Shown here one piece after another: positions 1 through 8,539 of a DNA stretch of 13,147 nt; within the stretch, counting starts at the first letter, position 1; every line of letters begins with the position of its first letter. This DNA is from Candidatus Eiseniibacteriota bacterium (GTDB taxonomy: Bacteria > Joyebacterota > Joyebacteria > Joyebacterales > Joyebacteraceae), in the NCBI GenBank assembly GCA_043819135.1, contig JBDRFG010000060.1, positions 1 to 13,147 of the forward strand, in the 5' to 3' direction. The position numbers and the translations under genes were made by a program. Below the pieces are notes generated by a model. That model saw only the letters and a program-made list of their open reading frames with translations. It ran no database searches and was not told where the DNA came from.

Positions 1-119
1 ATGGCGGGTCCGAGCACCGTGCTGTGTATCGCGACGATCGCACGGAGGCCGGCGACCTCGTCGAACGCGAAGCTCACCTGCTCGTGCTCGGCCTGCTCCA
101 GAGCCTTGAAGACTTCCAT
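1..119 (-). CDS. Glu/Leu/Phe/Val dehydrogenase (leucine dehydrogenase-like), 5' end only; continues off the left edge
   Basis: Not in the ORF track. Manual minus-strand translation from ATG at 119 gives MEVFKALEQAEHEQVSFAFDEVAGLRAIVAIHSTVLGPA..., matching the LeuDH N-terminus pattern (ME.F......EQ..F..D...GL.AI.AIH.T.LGPA.GG). SD GGAGGT lies 4 nt upstream. Confidence 0.85.
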   Translation of the reverse strand, partial: MEVFKALEQAEHEQVSFAFDEVAGLRAIVAIHSTVLGPA

Positions 120-171
120 TGAGACCTCCAGCCGGGGCGCCATGTCGGCGCCGGCGCGGCATCGGCTTCGG

Positions 172-951
172 CTACTCCTTGACCCAGCTCGCGGGACGCT
201 TCTCGAAGAACGCGGTGATGCCCTCACGGGCCTCACCGCTGGCGAAGCAGAGCCCGAACGCGTCGGACTCGTGGGTGCCTCCGGCGTCCACATCGGTGCT
301 CGTACCCTTGTTGACGCACGCCTTCACAAGCCCTACTGCCGCCGGGCCGTTCTTCGCGATCCGGACAGCCATCTCCCTGGCGGCGTCCATGAGAGCGTCG
401 GGCTCCACGACCTTGTTGACGAGACCCCACGAGAGCGCCGTCTCCGCATCAATGGGGGTGCCCGTGAGGATCATCTCCTTGGCCCGACCGAATCCCACTA
501 TCCTCGGAAGGCGCTGAGTGCCGGCAAAACCGGGCACGGCGCCGATGGTGACCTCGGGCTGCCCCATCTTCGCTTTCGTGGACGTCACACGCACGTCGCA
601 CGCCATTGCCAGTTCGAGCCCGCCTCCGAGGGCGTAGCCGTTGACGGCTGCGATGACGGGCTTAGGCAGGTTCTCAATTATTGAGAACGTCCGCTGCCCC
701 AGCTGCGAGACGTGCCTGGCCTCCATGCCGTCCTTGGCTTTGAGCTCCGAGATGTCCGCACCCGCTGCGAACGCCTTCCCCGCGCCCGTGACGATGACGA
801 CTCTGATGTCGGCGTCTCCGCCAAGCTCCAGCATCGCGTCGCCGATCTCGGTCATGGTCTCGACGTTGATGGCGTTCAGGGCATCCGGACGATTGATGGT
901 GACAACGGCGATCTGCCCTTCCTTCTCAACTGTGAGGTTCTTGAGGTTCAT
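172..951 (-). CDS. Enoyl-CoA hydratase (crotonase family, Crt-like)
   Basis: Motifs INRPDALNA, FAAGADI, GYALGGGLELAMACD and QPEVTIGAVPGFAGTQRLPR; both catalytic Glu are present. Start moved to ATG 951 (MNLKNL) behind GGAGGAG, just after the buk stop. 259 aa. Confidence 0.92.
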   Translation of the reverse strand: MNLKNLTVEKEGQIAVVTINRPDALNAINVETMTEIGDAMLELGGDADIRVVIVTGAGKAFAAGADISELKAKDGMEARHVSQLGQRTFSIIENLPKPVIAAVNGYALGGGLELAMACDVRVTSTKAKMGQPEVTIGAVPGFAGTQRLPRIVGFGRAKEMILTGTPIDAETALSWGLVNKVVEPDALMDAAREMAVRIAKNGPAAVGLVKACVNKGTSTDVDAGGTHESDAFGLCFASGEAREGITAFFEKRPASWVKE

Positions 952-962
952 TTCTCCTCCAC

Positions 963-2096
963 TTAGGTGCGCGACGCCGACTCGCCCTCGACCGTCTGGG
1001 GGTAGGTCTTCGCCACTTCTTCTCCTCTGAGTACTCTCAGGCACCCGAGCGCGAGCGCCTTGAGTTCGTCTTCGCCCGGCACGACGATGACCTTCCCGAG
1101 GAAGGCGATCTTCGTCCGGAGTTTCTCTACGATGTATTCGTTGTTGGCCAGGCCCCCGGTGAGCACTATCGCGGCCAGCTCTCCGTCCAGAGCCGCGGCC
1201 ATGCCACCGATCTCCTTGGCTATCTGGTGGATCATCGCGTCCATGACAAGCCTAGCTTCTTTGTCACCCCGGTCCATGCGCGCCGTCACCTCCACGGCGT
1301 CGGTCGTGCCCAGGTAGGCCATCATGCCCCCGCCACCCACGAGCTTCTTCTGTATCTCGGCGGCGGTGAACTCGCCCGAGAAGCACATCTTCACCAGGTC
1401 GACCGTCTGCACGTTGCCCGCCCGCTCGGGTGCGAACGGACCCGCGGACAGAGCATTACTCACGTCTGCCATGCACCCCTTCCGGAGCGCGCAGACGCTG
1501 ATACCACCGCCCAGATGCGCCACCACCAGGTTGACCTCCGCGTGGTCCTTCCCCAACTCGTCCGCGACCATGCGTGCGGTGGCTTTGACGTTGAGCGCGT
1601 GGACGAGGCTTGTGCGCGGGATCTCTGGCATGCCGGAGTAGCGTGCCGTGGCGTCCAACTCGTCCACGCAGGGCGGGTCGACTATGAAGGAGGGAATATG
1701 GTGGTCCCAGGCGATCCCGAACGCGAGCACGGCGCCCAGGTTCGAGGCGTGCTCGCCACGCACCGCGTCCCGCGCGTCGACTATCATGCGCTGATTGACG
1801 CCGTAGGTTCCGCTGACCGTGGGGGCGAATAGCCCCCCGCGCCCGACGACCGCGTCGAGCGAGGAGAGCGCGACGTTCCGGTCCTCCAGGAACTCGAGGA
1901 TCATCGACTTGCGGTACTCGTACTGGTCCCAGATCCGGTCGAAACGCGAAAGGTCGAGCGGCGTGTGCTGGACGTCTCCCGCGAACGAGCACTCCGAACC
2001 GTCGAAGATCGCGAGTTTGGTCGAGGTCGATCCCGGATTCAACACGAGTATCCGTTCGCTCCTCGCGTTATCTGTCTTCTTCTGTGGCATCGTCAT
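963..2096 (-). CDS. buk: Butyrate kinase / branched-chain carboxylate kinase
   Basis: ASKHA/Buk motifs ILVLNPGSTSTK, VGRGG, HASNLG, FIVDP, HALN, VAHLGGGISV, GPFAPERAG, LTGGLA and PGEDE..ALA.G. The start could instead be ATG 2090. Confidence 0.93.
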   Translation of the reverse strand: MTMPQKKTDNARSERILVLNPGSTSTKLAIFDGSECSFAGDVQHTPLDLSRFDRIWDQYEYRKSMILEFLEDRNVALSSLDAVVGRGGLFAPTVSGTYGVNQRMIVDARDAVRGEHASNLGAVLAFGIAWDHHIPSFIVDPPCVDELDATARYSGMPEIPRTSLVHALNVKATARMVADELGKDHAEVNLVVAHLGGGISVCALRKGCMADVSNALSAGPFAPERAGNVQTVDLVKMCFSGEFTAAEIQKKLVGGGGMMAYLGTTDAVEVTARMDRGDKEARLVMDAMIHQIAKEIGGMAAALDGELAAIVLTGGLANNEYIVEKLRTKIAFLGKVIVVPGEDELKALALGCLRVLRGEEVAKTYPQTVEGESASRT

Positions 2097-2144
2097 CGCT
2101 TCCGTCGTCCCGCCGGCCTGTCGTGCGGCCGCCTGGCCCGGTGA

Positions 2145-3302
2145 CTAGTAACCTCGCTCCTTGTACACTTCCCGCGCGACGAGGAACTGCATGATCTCGG
2201 CGGTGCCGCCGCCGATGGTCATCAGTCTCGAATCGCGGAAGAGCTGTTCCGTCTTGCAGTCCTTCGTGTAGCCGATGCCGCCCGTGACCTGCAGCGCCTC
2301 CGAGCACACCTCCTGCGCGGACACGCAGGCGAACAGCTTGGCCGCCGCGCCCTGCCTCGTGGCGGACACGCCCATGTCGATCTGCCGTGCGGCCTGGAGC
2401 GTCAGAAGCCTCGCGGCGTCGATCTTGACCGCCATGTCGGCGATCTTGAAGCTGACGCCCTCGAACGCCCTGATCTGCTTGCCGAACTGCTCGCGCTCCG
2501 TCGAGTGCCGTATGGCGAGCTCGAACGCCGCGCGCGCGTACCCGACCGCGCCGGCGGCCAGCGACGTGCGCTCGGTATCGAGTTCGTCCATGAGAATGGT
2601 GAACCCCTTGTTCTCCGTACCGAGCATGCTGGACGCCGGGACCCGCGCGTTCTCGATCTTCAGGTGAGCGACCTTGAGGCCACGGAGCCCCATCAGCTCG
2701 TAGTCCTTGATGATGCTGAAGCCGGGAGTCGCAGTCTCGAAGATGAAGGCGCTCATGCCCTTCCTTGCCTTGACCGACGGGTCGGTCACGGCAAAGAGCA
2801 GCATGTAGTCGGCAACGCTGCCGTTTGTGATGAAGCGCTTCTCGCCGTTGATGACGAACTCGTCGCCGTCGCGGACCGCCGTGGTCTTCATGCCGGCGGT
2901 GTCGGAACCGACCTCGGGCTCGGTGATCCCGATGGAGCCGACCTTTTCGCCCGTGACGATGGGAGGCAGATACTTCGCCTTCTGCTCGTCGTTGCCGAAC
3001 TTGTAGACCGGCGGCGCGAAGTAGACCGAGGTGACGCCCCTGGACACGTCCATCATCGGACACACTGCCGAGATCTCCTCGGCGATGATCGTCTCGTACA
3101 CCATCCCCAGTCCCGTCCCACCGAACTTCTTGGGTATGAGCGCGCCCATGTAACCGACTTTGCCGAGTTCGAACAGAAGGTCCCGCGGATACTCGGCGGA
3201 CGCCTCTATCTCTTCGGCCCTTGGGGCGATCACCTTCTCGGCGAAGTCCCTAACCTGCTCGCGGAACGCGTTCTCCTCTGCCGTGTAAAGCACGCTAAGC
3301 AT
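2145..3302 (-). CDS. Acyl-CoA dehydrogenase, probably isovaleryl-CoA dehydrogenase type (LiuA/Ivd-like)
   Basis: ACAD motifs ITEPEVGSD, NGEKRFITNG, REQFGK.I and LQVTGGIGY. The C-terminal IGGGTAEI lacks the MCAD/SCAD catalytic Glu (IYEGT), while LDTER carries the Glu at the IVD/LCAD position. It lies next to MCC and LiuC genes. Start ATG 3302 with AAGGA upstream. 385 aa. Confidence 0.85.
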   Translation of the reverse strand: MLSVLYTAEENAFREQVRDFAEKVIAPRAEEIEASAEYPRDLLFELGKVGYMGALIPKKFGGTGLGMVYETIIAEEISAVCPMMDVSRGVTSVYFAPPVYKFGNDEQKAKYLPPIVTGEKVGSIGITEPEVGSDTAGMKTTAVRDGDEFVINGEKRFITNGSVADYMLLFAVTDPSVKARKGMSAFIFETATPGFSIIKDYELMGLRGLKVAHLKIENARVPASSMLGTENKGFTILMDELDTERTSLAAGAVGYARAAFELAIRHSTEREQFGKQIRAFEGVSFKIADMAVKIDAARLLTLQAARQIDMGVSATRQGAAAKLFACVSAQEVCSEALQVTGGIGYTKDCKTEQLFRDSRLMTIGGGTAEIMQFLVAREVYKERGY

Positions 3303-3321
3303 GTCGGTTCCTTTCCGTGGA

Positions 3322-3834
3322 TCACTCCTTGGTTTCCGCCGGCGTGATCTCCACCATGACCTCGGTCGTACCGACCGAATCGCCCGCCGCGACGTTGACC
3401 TTCTTGACAACGCCGTCCACGGGAGACTTCACGTCGTTTTCCATCTTCATAGCTTCGACAACTACGAGGCTGGTCCCGACCGTCACCTCGTCTCCCTCGA
3501 CGACCATGACCTTGACCACGTTGCCGGGCATCGGCGCCTTGATGGTCCCGCCTGCGCCGGCTGATGCGCCGGCAGCCACGGCGCTGTCGTCATCACGCGA
3601 ACCGGTGTCGAACGAGAACTGACGTCCCTCCACCTGCACGTCCACCCCCCCGTCGCGCCGTCCCACGTACACCGTGTGCGAACGCCCGTCGATCACCAGC
3701 GACAGGACGCCGCTCCTGACGCGCGTCCAGTCGACGTCGTATGAGGTTCCGTCGACGATGACCTCCGTTCGGGGCGACCTGGCGTCGGTCTTGACCCGTC
3801 GCTTCTCGCCGCCTGTGGTGAACTCGAATTCCAA
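3322..3834 (-). CDS. Biotin carboxyl carrier protein (biotinyl domain with an N-terminal BT-like domain) of the acyl-CoA carboxylase
   Basis: IKAPMPGNVV, the EAMKMEN biotinylation motif and SPVDGVV. Likely start is TTG at 3834 with SD GGAGG 6 nt upstream. 170 aa. Confidence 0.9.
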   Translation of the reverse strand: MEFEFTTGGEKRRVKTDARSPRTEVIVDGTSYDVDWTRVRSGVLSLVIDGRSHTVYVGRRDGGVDVQVEGRQFSFDTGSRDDDSAVAAGASAGAGGTIKAPMPGNVVKVMVVEGDEVTVGTSLVVVEAMKMENDVKSPVDGVVKKVNVAAGDSVGTTEVMVEITPAETKE

Positions 3835-3865
3835 GTTGATCCTCCGAACCTGTCTGCAGTGCCGT

Positions 3866-3915
3866 GCCCGCGCCGCTTCCGCGGCCGAAGCCGCCACGCC
3901 CGCGCCCCTTCCGCG
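3866..3915. repeat. Imperfect 18-bp direct repeat, two copies, in the spacer between the biotin carboxylase and biotin carrier genes
   Basis: gcccgcgccgcttccgcg (3866-3883) and gcccgcgccccttccgcg (3898-3915): 17/18 identical, 32-bp period. Very GC-rich, so partly low complexity. Confidence 0.5.
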
Positions 3916-3925
3916 CGCGTGCGCG

Positions 3926-5428
3926 TCAGCGGCCGCCGCCGGCCCCGACGCGCCAGCTTCCGAGCGTGTCCCAGGGAGACGGCGCCCTCTCGCGCACCGC
4001 GCCCCCGGCCGATCCCTCCGTCGAGAGCGAAAGCGCCGCCGCTATGAGCGCCAGGTGCTCGGCCTCTTCAGAGACCGTGCCGCTCGCCCAGTCTGACATG
4101 TGCTTCTCGATGAAATCGGTCTGAGTCTCGCCTGCCGCGTAGGCCTCATGGTCGATGATCGCCCAGAGGTATTCGAGGCAGGTGGCGATCCCCAGGATGC
4201 TCGTGTCCTTGAGGGCGCGCTTCATGCGCGCCCGCGCGGCGTCCCTGTCGTCTGCGTGGACGATGAGCTTCGACAGGATAGGGTCGTAGTGGACCGGCAC
4301 CTCCCACCCCTCGTATATGCCGCAGTCGTGGCGAATGCCGGGACCCTGAGGTTCGCGGAACAGCGTGATCTTCCCCGAGCTGGGCAGGAAGTTGTTCCTG
4401 GGATCCTCGGCGTAGATGCGGCACTCGATGGCGTGGCCCGTCTGCGAAAGGTCGGCCTGCGTGAACTCGAGCTTTTCACCCGAGGCTATCAGTATCTGCT
4501 GACGCACCAGATCGACACCGGTCACCATCTCGGTGACGGGGTGCTCGACCTGGATACGCGCGTTGACCTCCAGGAAGTAGAAGCTGCCGTCCTCGTCGAG
4601 GAGGAACTCGACCGTTCCCGCGTTGGTGTACCCGCACGCCTTCGCCGCGCGGACCGCCGTGCTGCCCATGATCGCCCTTAGGTCGTTGTCGACCGCGGGC
4701 GACGGCGACTCTTCGACTATCTTCTGGTGCCGCCTCTGTATCGAGCACTCGCGCTCGAACAGGTGGACGCAGTGCCCGTGGGTGTCCGCAAGCACCTGGA
4801 ACTCGACGTGGCGCGGGCGCTCGATGAGCTTCTCGATATAGACCGTGTCGTCGCCGAACGCGGAGGCCGCGATTCTGCTCGAGGTCTCGATGGCCGCCTC
4901 GAGAGACTCCTTCTCGCGCACGACCTGCATGCCCTTCCCCCCGCCGCCCGCGGAGGCCTTGACCAGGACCGGGTATCCCATCTCCGCGGCCTTCGCGTAA
5001 TACTCGGCCATGTCGGCCCCGCTCGACAGCATGCCGGGAATGATGGGCACGTCCTGCGCGAGCATCGTCTCGCGAGAGCGGATCTTGTCGGCCACGAGCT
5101 GCAGAGCGTCCGAGGTCGGGCCGATGAACGTCAGCCCCTCGTCCTCGCAACGCTTGGCGAACCGCCAGTTCTCGGCCAGGAATCCGTAGCCAGGATGGAT
5201 GCCGTCAGCGCCGACCTCGCGCGCGGCCGCAATGACCGCGTCCATGTTGAGGTAGCTCTCGAGCGCGGGCGCCGGGCCGATGCGTACGGCCTCGTCGGCC
5301 TCCAGCACGTGCAGCGAGGCGCGGTCGGCGTCCGAATAGACGACCGCCGCCGGAATGTCCATGTCGCGACACGCCCTGACCACCCGGACGGCGATCTCAC
5401 CCCTGTTGACTATCAGGATCTTCTTCAT
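3926..5428 (-). CDS. Biotin carboxylase subunit (3-methylcrotonyl-CoA carboxylase alpha-like, without a fused biotinyl domain)
   Basis: KILIVNRGEIA, HPGYGFLAEN, KASAGGGGKGM, ERECSIQRRHQK, EVNARIQVEHPVTE, RIYAEDP, YDPILSKLI and a C-terminal SPW....WR as in MCC alpha. Start ATG 5428 (or TTG 5431). 500 aa. Confidence 0.92.
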   Translation of the reverse strand: MKKILIVNRGEIAVRVVRACRDMDIPAAVVYSDADRASLHVLEADEAVRIGPAPALESYLNMDAVIAAAREVGADGIHPGYGFLAENWRFAKRCEDEGLTFIGPTSDALQLVADKIRSRETMLAQDVPIIPGMLSSGADMAEYYAKAAEMGYPVLVKASAGGGGKGMQVVREKESLEAAIETSSRIAASAFGDDTVYIEKLIERPRHVEFQVLADTHGHCVHLFERECSIQRRHQKIVEESPSPAVDNDLRAIMGSTAVRAAKACGYTNAGTVEFLLDEDGSFYFLEVNARIQVEHPVTEMVTGVDLVRQQILIASGEKLEFTQADLSQTGHAIECRIYAEDPRNNFLPSSGKITLFREPQGPGIRHDCGIYEGWEVPVHYDPILSKLIVHADDRDAARARMKRALKDTSILGIATCLEYLWAIIDHEAYAAGETQTDFIEKHMSDWASGTVSEEAEHLALIAAALSLSTEGSAGGAVRERAPSPWDTLGSWRVGAGGGR

Positions 5429-5501
5429 CAAGTGGCGACCTTGTAGAGTGTGTGTTGACCTCATCGGCCCGGCGTGCGGGCTGCCTCCCCCGCTCCGCCG
5501 G

Positions 5502-6293
5502 CTATTTCTTCGGTTCGAGCCACGACGGCTTCCGCTTCTCGAGGAACGCCGACATACCCTCCTGCCCCTCGTCCGAGACCCGCACCTCGGCGATCACCCT
5601 CGCGGTGTACCCCTTGGCCTCCTCTAGCGGCATGCCGTAGACATTGTCCAGGAGCTCCTTGCAGACGCGCAGGGCCTCCGGACCGCTCGAGATCAGCCGC
5701 CTGGTGAAATCGGCCACGCACTCGTCCAGCTCCTCCAGCGAGCAGACGGCGTTGACCAGTCCGAGCCGGAACGCCTTCTCGGCGCTCATGCGCTCGCCGG
5801 AGAGGAAGAACTCGCGGCACGCGGCGGGTCCGGCGCGCATCACGACGTACGGCGAGATGCACGCGGGGATCAGACCTATCTTGACCTCGGACAGGCTGAT
5901 GACCGCCGTGTCGGCCGCTACGACGATGTCGTTCGCCGCCATCAGTCCCGCGCCGCCGCCTATCGCGTAGCCGTTGACTCGCCCCACGGTGGGCTTGGCC
6001 AACCTGTGGATGCGCTCCATGACATCGGAGATCTTCATCCCGTCGGCGACATTCTCCTCGAACGTGTAGTTGATGGTGTTCTTCATGTAGTTGAGGTCGG
6101 CGCCCGCACAGAACGAGTTGCCTTCCCCCGTCAGGACGACCACCCTGACCGCGGGGTCCGACTCGAACTTCCCGTAGGCGTCGAACAGCTCGTCCAGCAT
6201 ACGATCGTTGAACGCGTTCTTCACAGAAGGTCTTGTCAGCGTGATCGTCGCGACCTGGTCGGCGACCTCGGCTCTGATGGTCTGATAGTTCAT
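5502..6293 (-). CDS. liuC: 3-methylglutaconyl-CoA hydratase (LiuC-type enoyl-CoA hydratase)
   Basis: FCAGADL; GGGAGL, where the first crotonase Glu is absent as in LiuC/YngF-type proteins; LSEVKIGLIPACISPYV; C-terminal RVSDEGQEGMSAFLEKRKP.W. It sits between the MCC beta and alpha genes, as in liuBCD. Start ATG 6293 or GTG 6299, with SD AGGAG. Confidence 0.85.
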   Translation of the reverse strand: MNYQTIRAEVADQVATITLTRPSVKNAFNDRMLDELFDAYGKFESDPAVRVVVLTGEGNSFCAGADLNYMKNTINYTFEENVADGMKISDVMERIHRLAKPTVGRVNGYAIGGGAGLMAANDIVVAADTAVISLSEVKIGLIPACISPYVVMRAGPAACREFFLSGERMSAEKAFRLGLVNAVCSLEELDECVADFTRRLISSGPEALRVCKELLDNVYGMPLEEAKGYTARVIAEVRVSDEGQEGMSAFLEKRKPSWLEPKK

Positions 6294-6338
6294 GTGCACT
6301 GCCTCTCCTGCCGTGTTGTAGCGTCGTGCGCCGCTGCC

Positions 6339-7946
6339 CTACATCCTGAAGATGCCGTACTTCTGGTCCGGGATCGGTGCGTTGAGCGACATCGCGATCC
6401 CCAGGGCCAGTGCCGACCGCGTGTCGAGTGGGTCGAGTATGCCGTCGTCCCACAGCCTGGCGGTCGAGTAGTAGGCCGACGCCTCCTCCTCGTACCTCTC
6501 GATGACCGGAGCCTTGAACGCCTCCTGCTCAGCGGTGGTCATCTTGTGACCCTCTTTCGCCGTCTGCCGCATCTTGACGGTCAAGAGCACGTTGGCCGCC
6601 TGCTCGCCGCCCATGACGCCGATCTTTGAGTTCGGCCACATCCACAGGAACCGCGGCCCGTAGGCCCGGCCGCACATGCCGTAGTTGCCCGCGCCGTAGC
6701 TGCCGCCGACGATGACCGTGAACTTCGGCACGTCAGCGTTCGCGACAGCGTGGACTAGTTTGGCGCCGTGTCTGGCGATGCCGCCGTGCTCGTACTCGCG
6801 GCCGACGATGAAGCCGGTGATGTTCTGCAGGAATATGAGCGGTATCTTTCGAGTCGTGCACAGCTCGATGAAGTGCGCTCCCTTCATCGCGCTCTCGGAG
6901 AAGAGCACACCGTTGTTCGCCAGTATGCCGACGGGATAGCCCATGATGCGGGCGAAGCCCGTGACGAGCGTCAGGCCGTACAGCTCCTTGAACTCCTGGA
7001 AGCGACTGCCGTCGACTAGACGAGCGATGACCTCCCTCATGTCGAACGCCTTCTTGGCTTCGGCCGGGACGATGCCGTAAAGCTCCTCCGGATCGTACGC
7101 CGGGTCCTCGGGTTCCTTGACGTCCAGCTCGAACCTCTTCGGCGCCTCAAGTGTCTCGAGGATGTTCCGGGCGATGGCGAGCGCGTGCTCGTCGTTCTGC
7201 GCGTAGTGGTCGGCGGTGCCGGAGATGCGGCAGTGCACGTCGGCCCCGCCCAGCTCCTCCGCCGTCACCTCTTCCCCGGTCGCCGCCTTGACGAGCGGCG
7301 GTCCCCCGATGAAGATGGTGCCCTGCTCGCGCACGATGACGGTCTCGTCGCTCATCGCGGGCACGTACGCGCCGCCCGCGGTGCACGAACCCATGACGAT
7401 GGAGACCTGCGGGATGCCCATCGCGGAAAGACGTGCCTGGTTGTAGAAGATGCGCCCGAAGTGGTCGCGGTCGGGGAACGTCCCCGACTGGTGCGGCAGG
7501 AAGATGCCGCCGGAGTCGACCAGGTACACGCAGGGCAGCCTGTTCTCCATCGCCACTTCCTGCGCGCGGACGTGCTTCTTGATGGTCATCGGGAAGTACG
7601 TCCCGCCCTTGACCGTCGCGTCGTTCGCCACGACCAGCACTTCGCGGCCGTGGACGCGCCCCACCCCCGTCACCACTCCCGCCCCGGGAGCGGCACCGTC
7701 GTACATCTCGTACGCGGCCAGAGGGCTGAGCTCGACGAACGGCGTGTTCGGATCGAACAACTTCTCGAGTCGCTCTCGCACCAGAAGCTTGCCGCGCTCC
7801 TTGTGCCGCGTCCGCTGCGACTCGGGGCCGCCCAGGCCCGCGGTCTCCAGCCGCCCCCTGAACTCGGAGACCAACTCGAGCATCCGGGCGCGGTTGTCCT
7901 TGAACTCCTGGCTCTTCGGATCGACCTTGCTCTCGATTCGGTACAT
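6339..7946 (-). CDS. liuB: 3-methylcrotonyl-CoA carboxylase beta (carboxyltransferase) subunit
   Basis: MCC-beta signatures [102 protein letters not shown] and terminal GIFRM. 535 aa. Confidence 0.93.
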   Translation of the reverse strand: MYRIESKVDPKSQEFKDNRARMLELVSEFRGRLETAGLGGPESQRTRHKERGKLLVRERLEKLFDPNTPFVELSPLAAYEMYDGAAPGAGVVTGVGRVHGREVLVVANDATVKGGTYFPMTIKKHVRAQEVAMENRLPCVYLVDSGGIFLPHQSGTFPDRDHFGRIFYNQARLSAMGIPQVSIVMGSCTAGGAYVPAMSDETVIVREQGTIFIGGPPLVKAATGEEVTAEELGGADVHCRISGTADHYAQNDEHALAIARNILETLEAPKRFELDVKEPEDPAYDPEELYGIVPAEAKKAFDMREVIARLVDGSRFQEFKELYGLTLVTGFARIMGYPVGILANNGVLFSESAMKGAHFIELCTTRKIPLIFLQNITGFIVGREYEHGGIARHGAKLVHAVANADVPKFTVIVGGSYGAGNYGMCGRAYGPRFLWMWPNSKIGVMGGEQAANVLLTVKMRQTAKEGHKMTTAEQEAFKAPVIERYEEEASAYYSTARLWDDGILDPLDTRSALALGIAMSLNAPIPDQKYGIFRM

Positions 7947-8036
7947 TCCGGGACCTTTCGTGTGGCTGCGGCCAGCGCGGGTATTGCCTGCTGATGCGCC
8001 GCGCGCGGGATTCCCCTTGGGCGGCTCTCAGCTCAC

Positions 8037-8432
8037 TTACCTCACTGGAACGAACTTGTATCCGTAGCAGATGATCCCGGCCTCGCCCTCGTCCCGGATC
8101 TTCCGGAACTCCAGCTTGACCGGCATTCCGACCTTGAGTTCCTCGAAGTCGCAGTCGGCGATCATCGCCGTCAGACGCACACCGTCATCGAGCTCCGCAA
8201 CACCGACGGCGTACGGAGTCTGGTCCGAGAACTGGGACGGTCCGACTCTGATGACCGTGTGGGTCAGGAGCTTTCCCTGCTTCGCCATCTCGATCTTCTC
8301 GAACTCGCGACCGGCGCAGCTCTTGCACACGACGCGTGGCGGGAAACTGATCTCGCCGCAGCCCTTGCACTTCGCCGCCTCGTACCTGTAACGCTGCGGT
8401 ATCTCTCTCCAGTATCTTGCTGATGTTGACAT
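8037..8432 (-). CDS. DUF35 (ChsH2-like) Zn-ribbon/OB-fold protein; scaffold subunit of a thiolase/HMG-CoA synthase complex
   Basis: ARYWR N-terminus, CKGCG..SFPPR.VCKSC zinc ribbon, G...T.T, PYAVGVAELDDG, VGMPV..EFRK and YGYKF.P. SD GGAGGT. Directly downstream of the thiolase. 131 aa. Confidence 0.92.
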   Translation of the reverse strand: MSTSARYWREIPQRYRYEAAKCKGCGEISFPPRVVCKSCAGREFEKIEMAKQGKLLTHTVIRVGPSQFSDQTPYAVGVAELDDGVRLTAMIADCDFEELKVGMPVKLEFRKIRDEGEAGIICYGYKFVPVR

Positions 8433-8539
8433 CTCAGTACCTCCGGGAGTAAGGGGAATCGTGTCAGTTACGGTTCAGAGCAATGGTCCCGCGATGGGAC
8501 CCTGCCGCGCACTCGATGGCGCGACGCCTGCGTTGCCGG

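Noticed and set aside
8485..8501. Small hairpin ggtccc-gcgat-gggacc in the thiolase-DUF35 spacer as a terminator
   Set aside because: It has only a 6-bp stem, no U-tract on either strand, and lies between genes for subunits of one complex.
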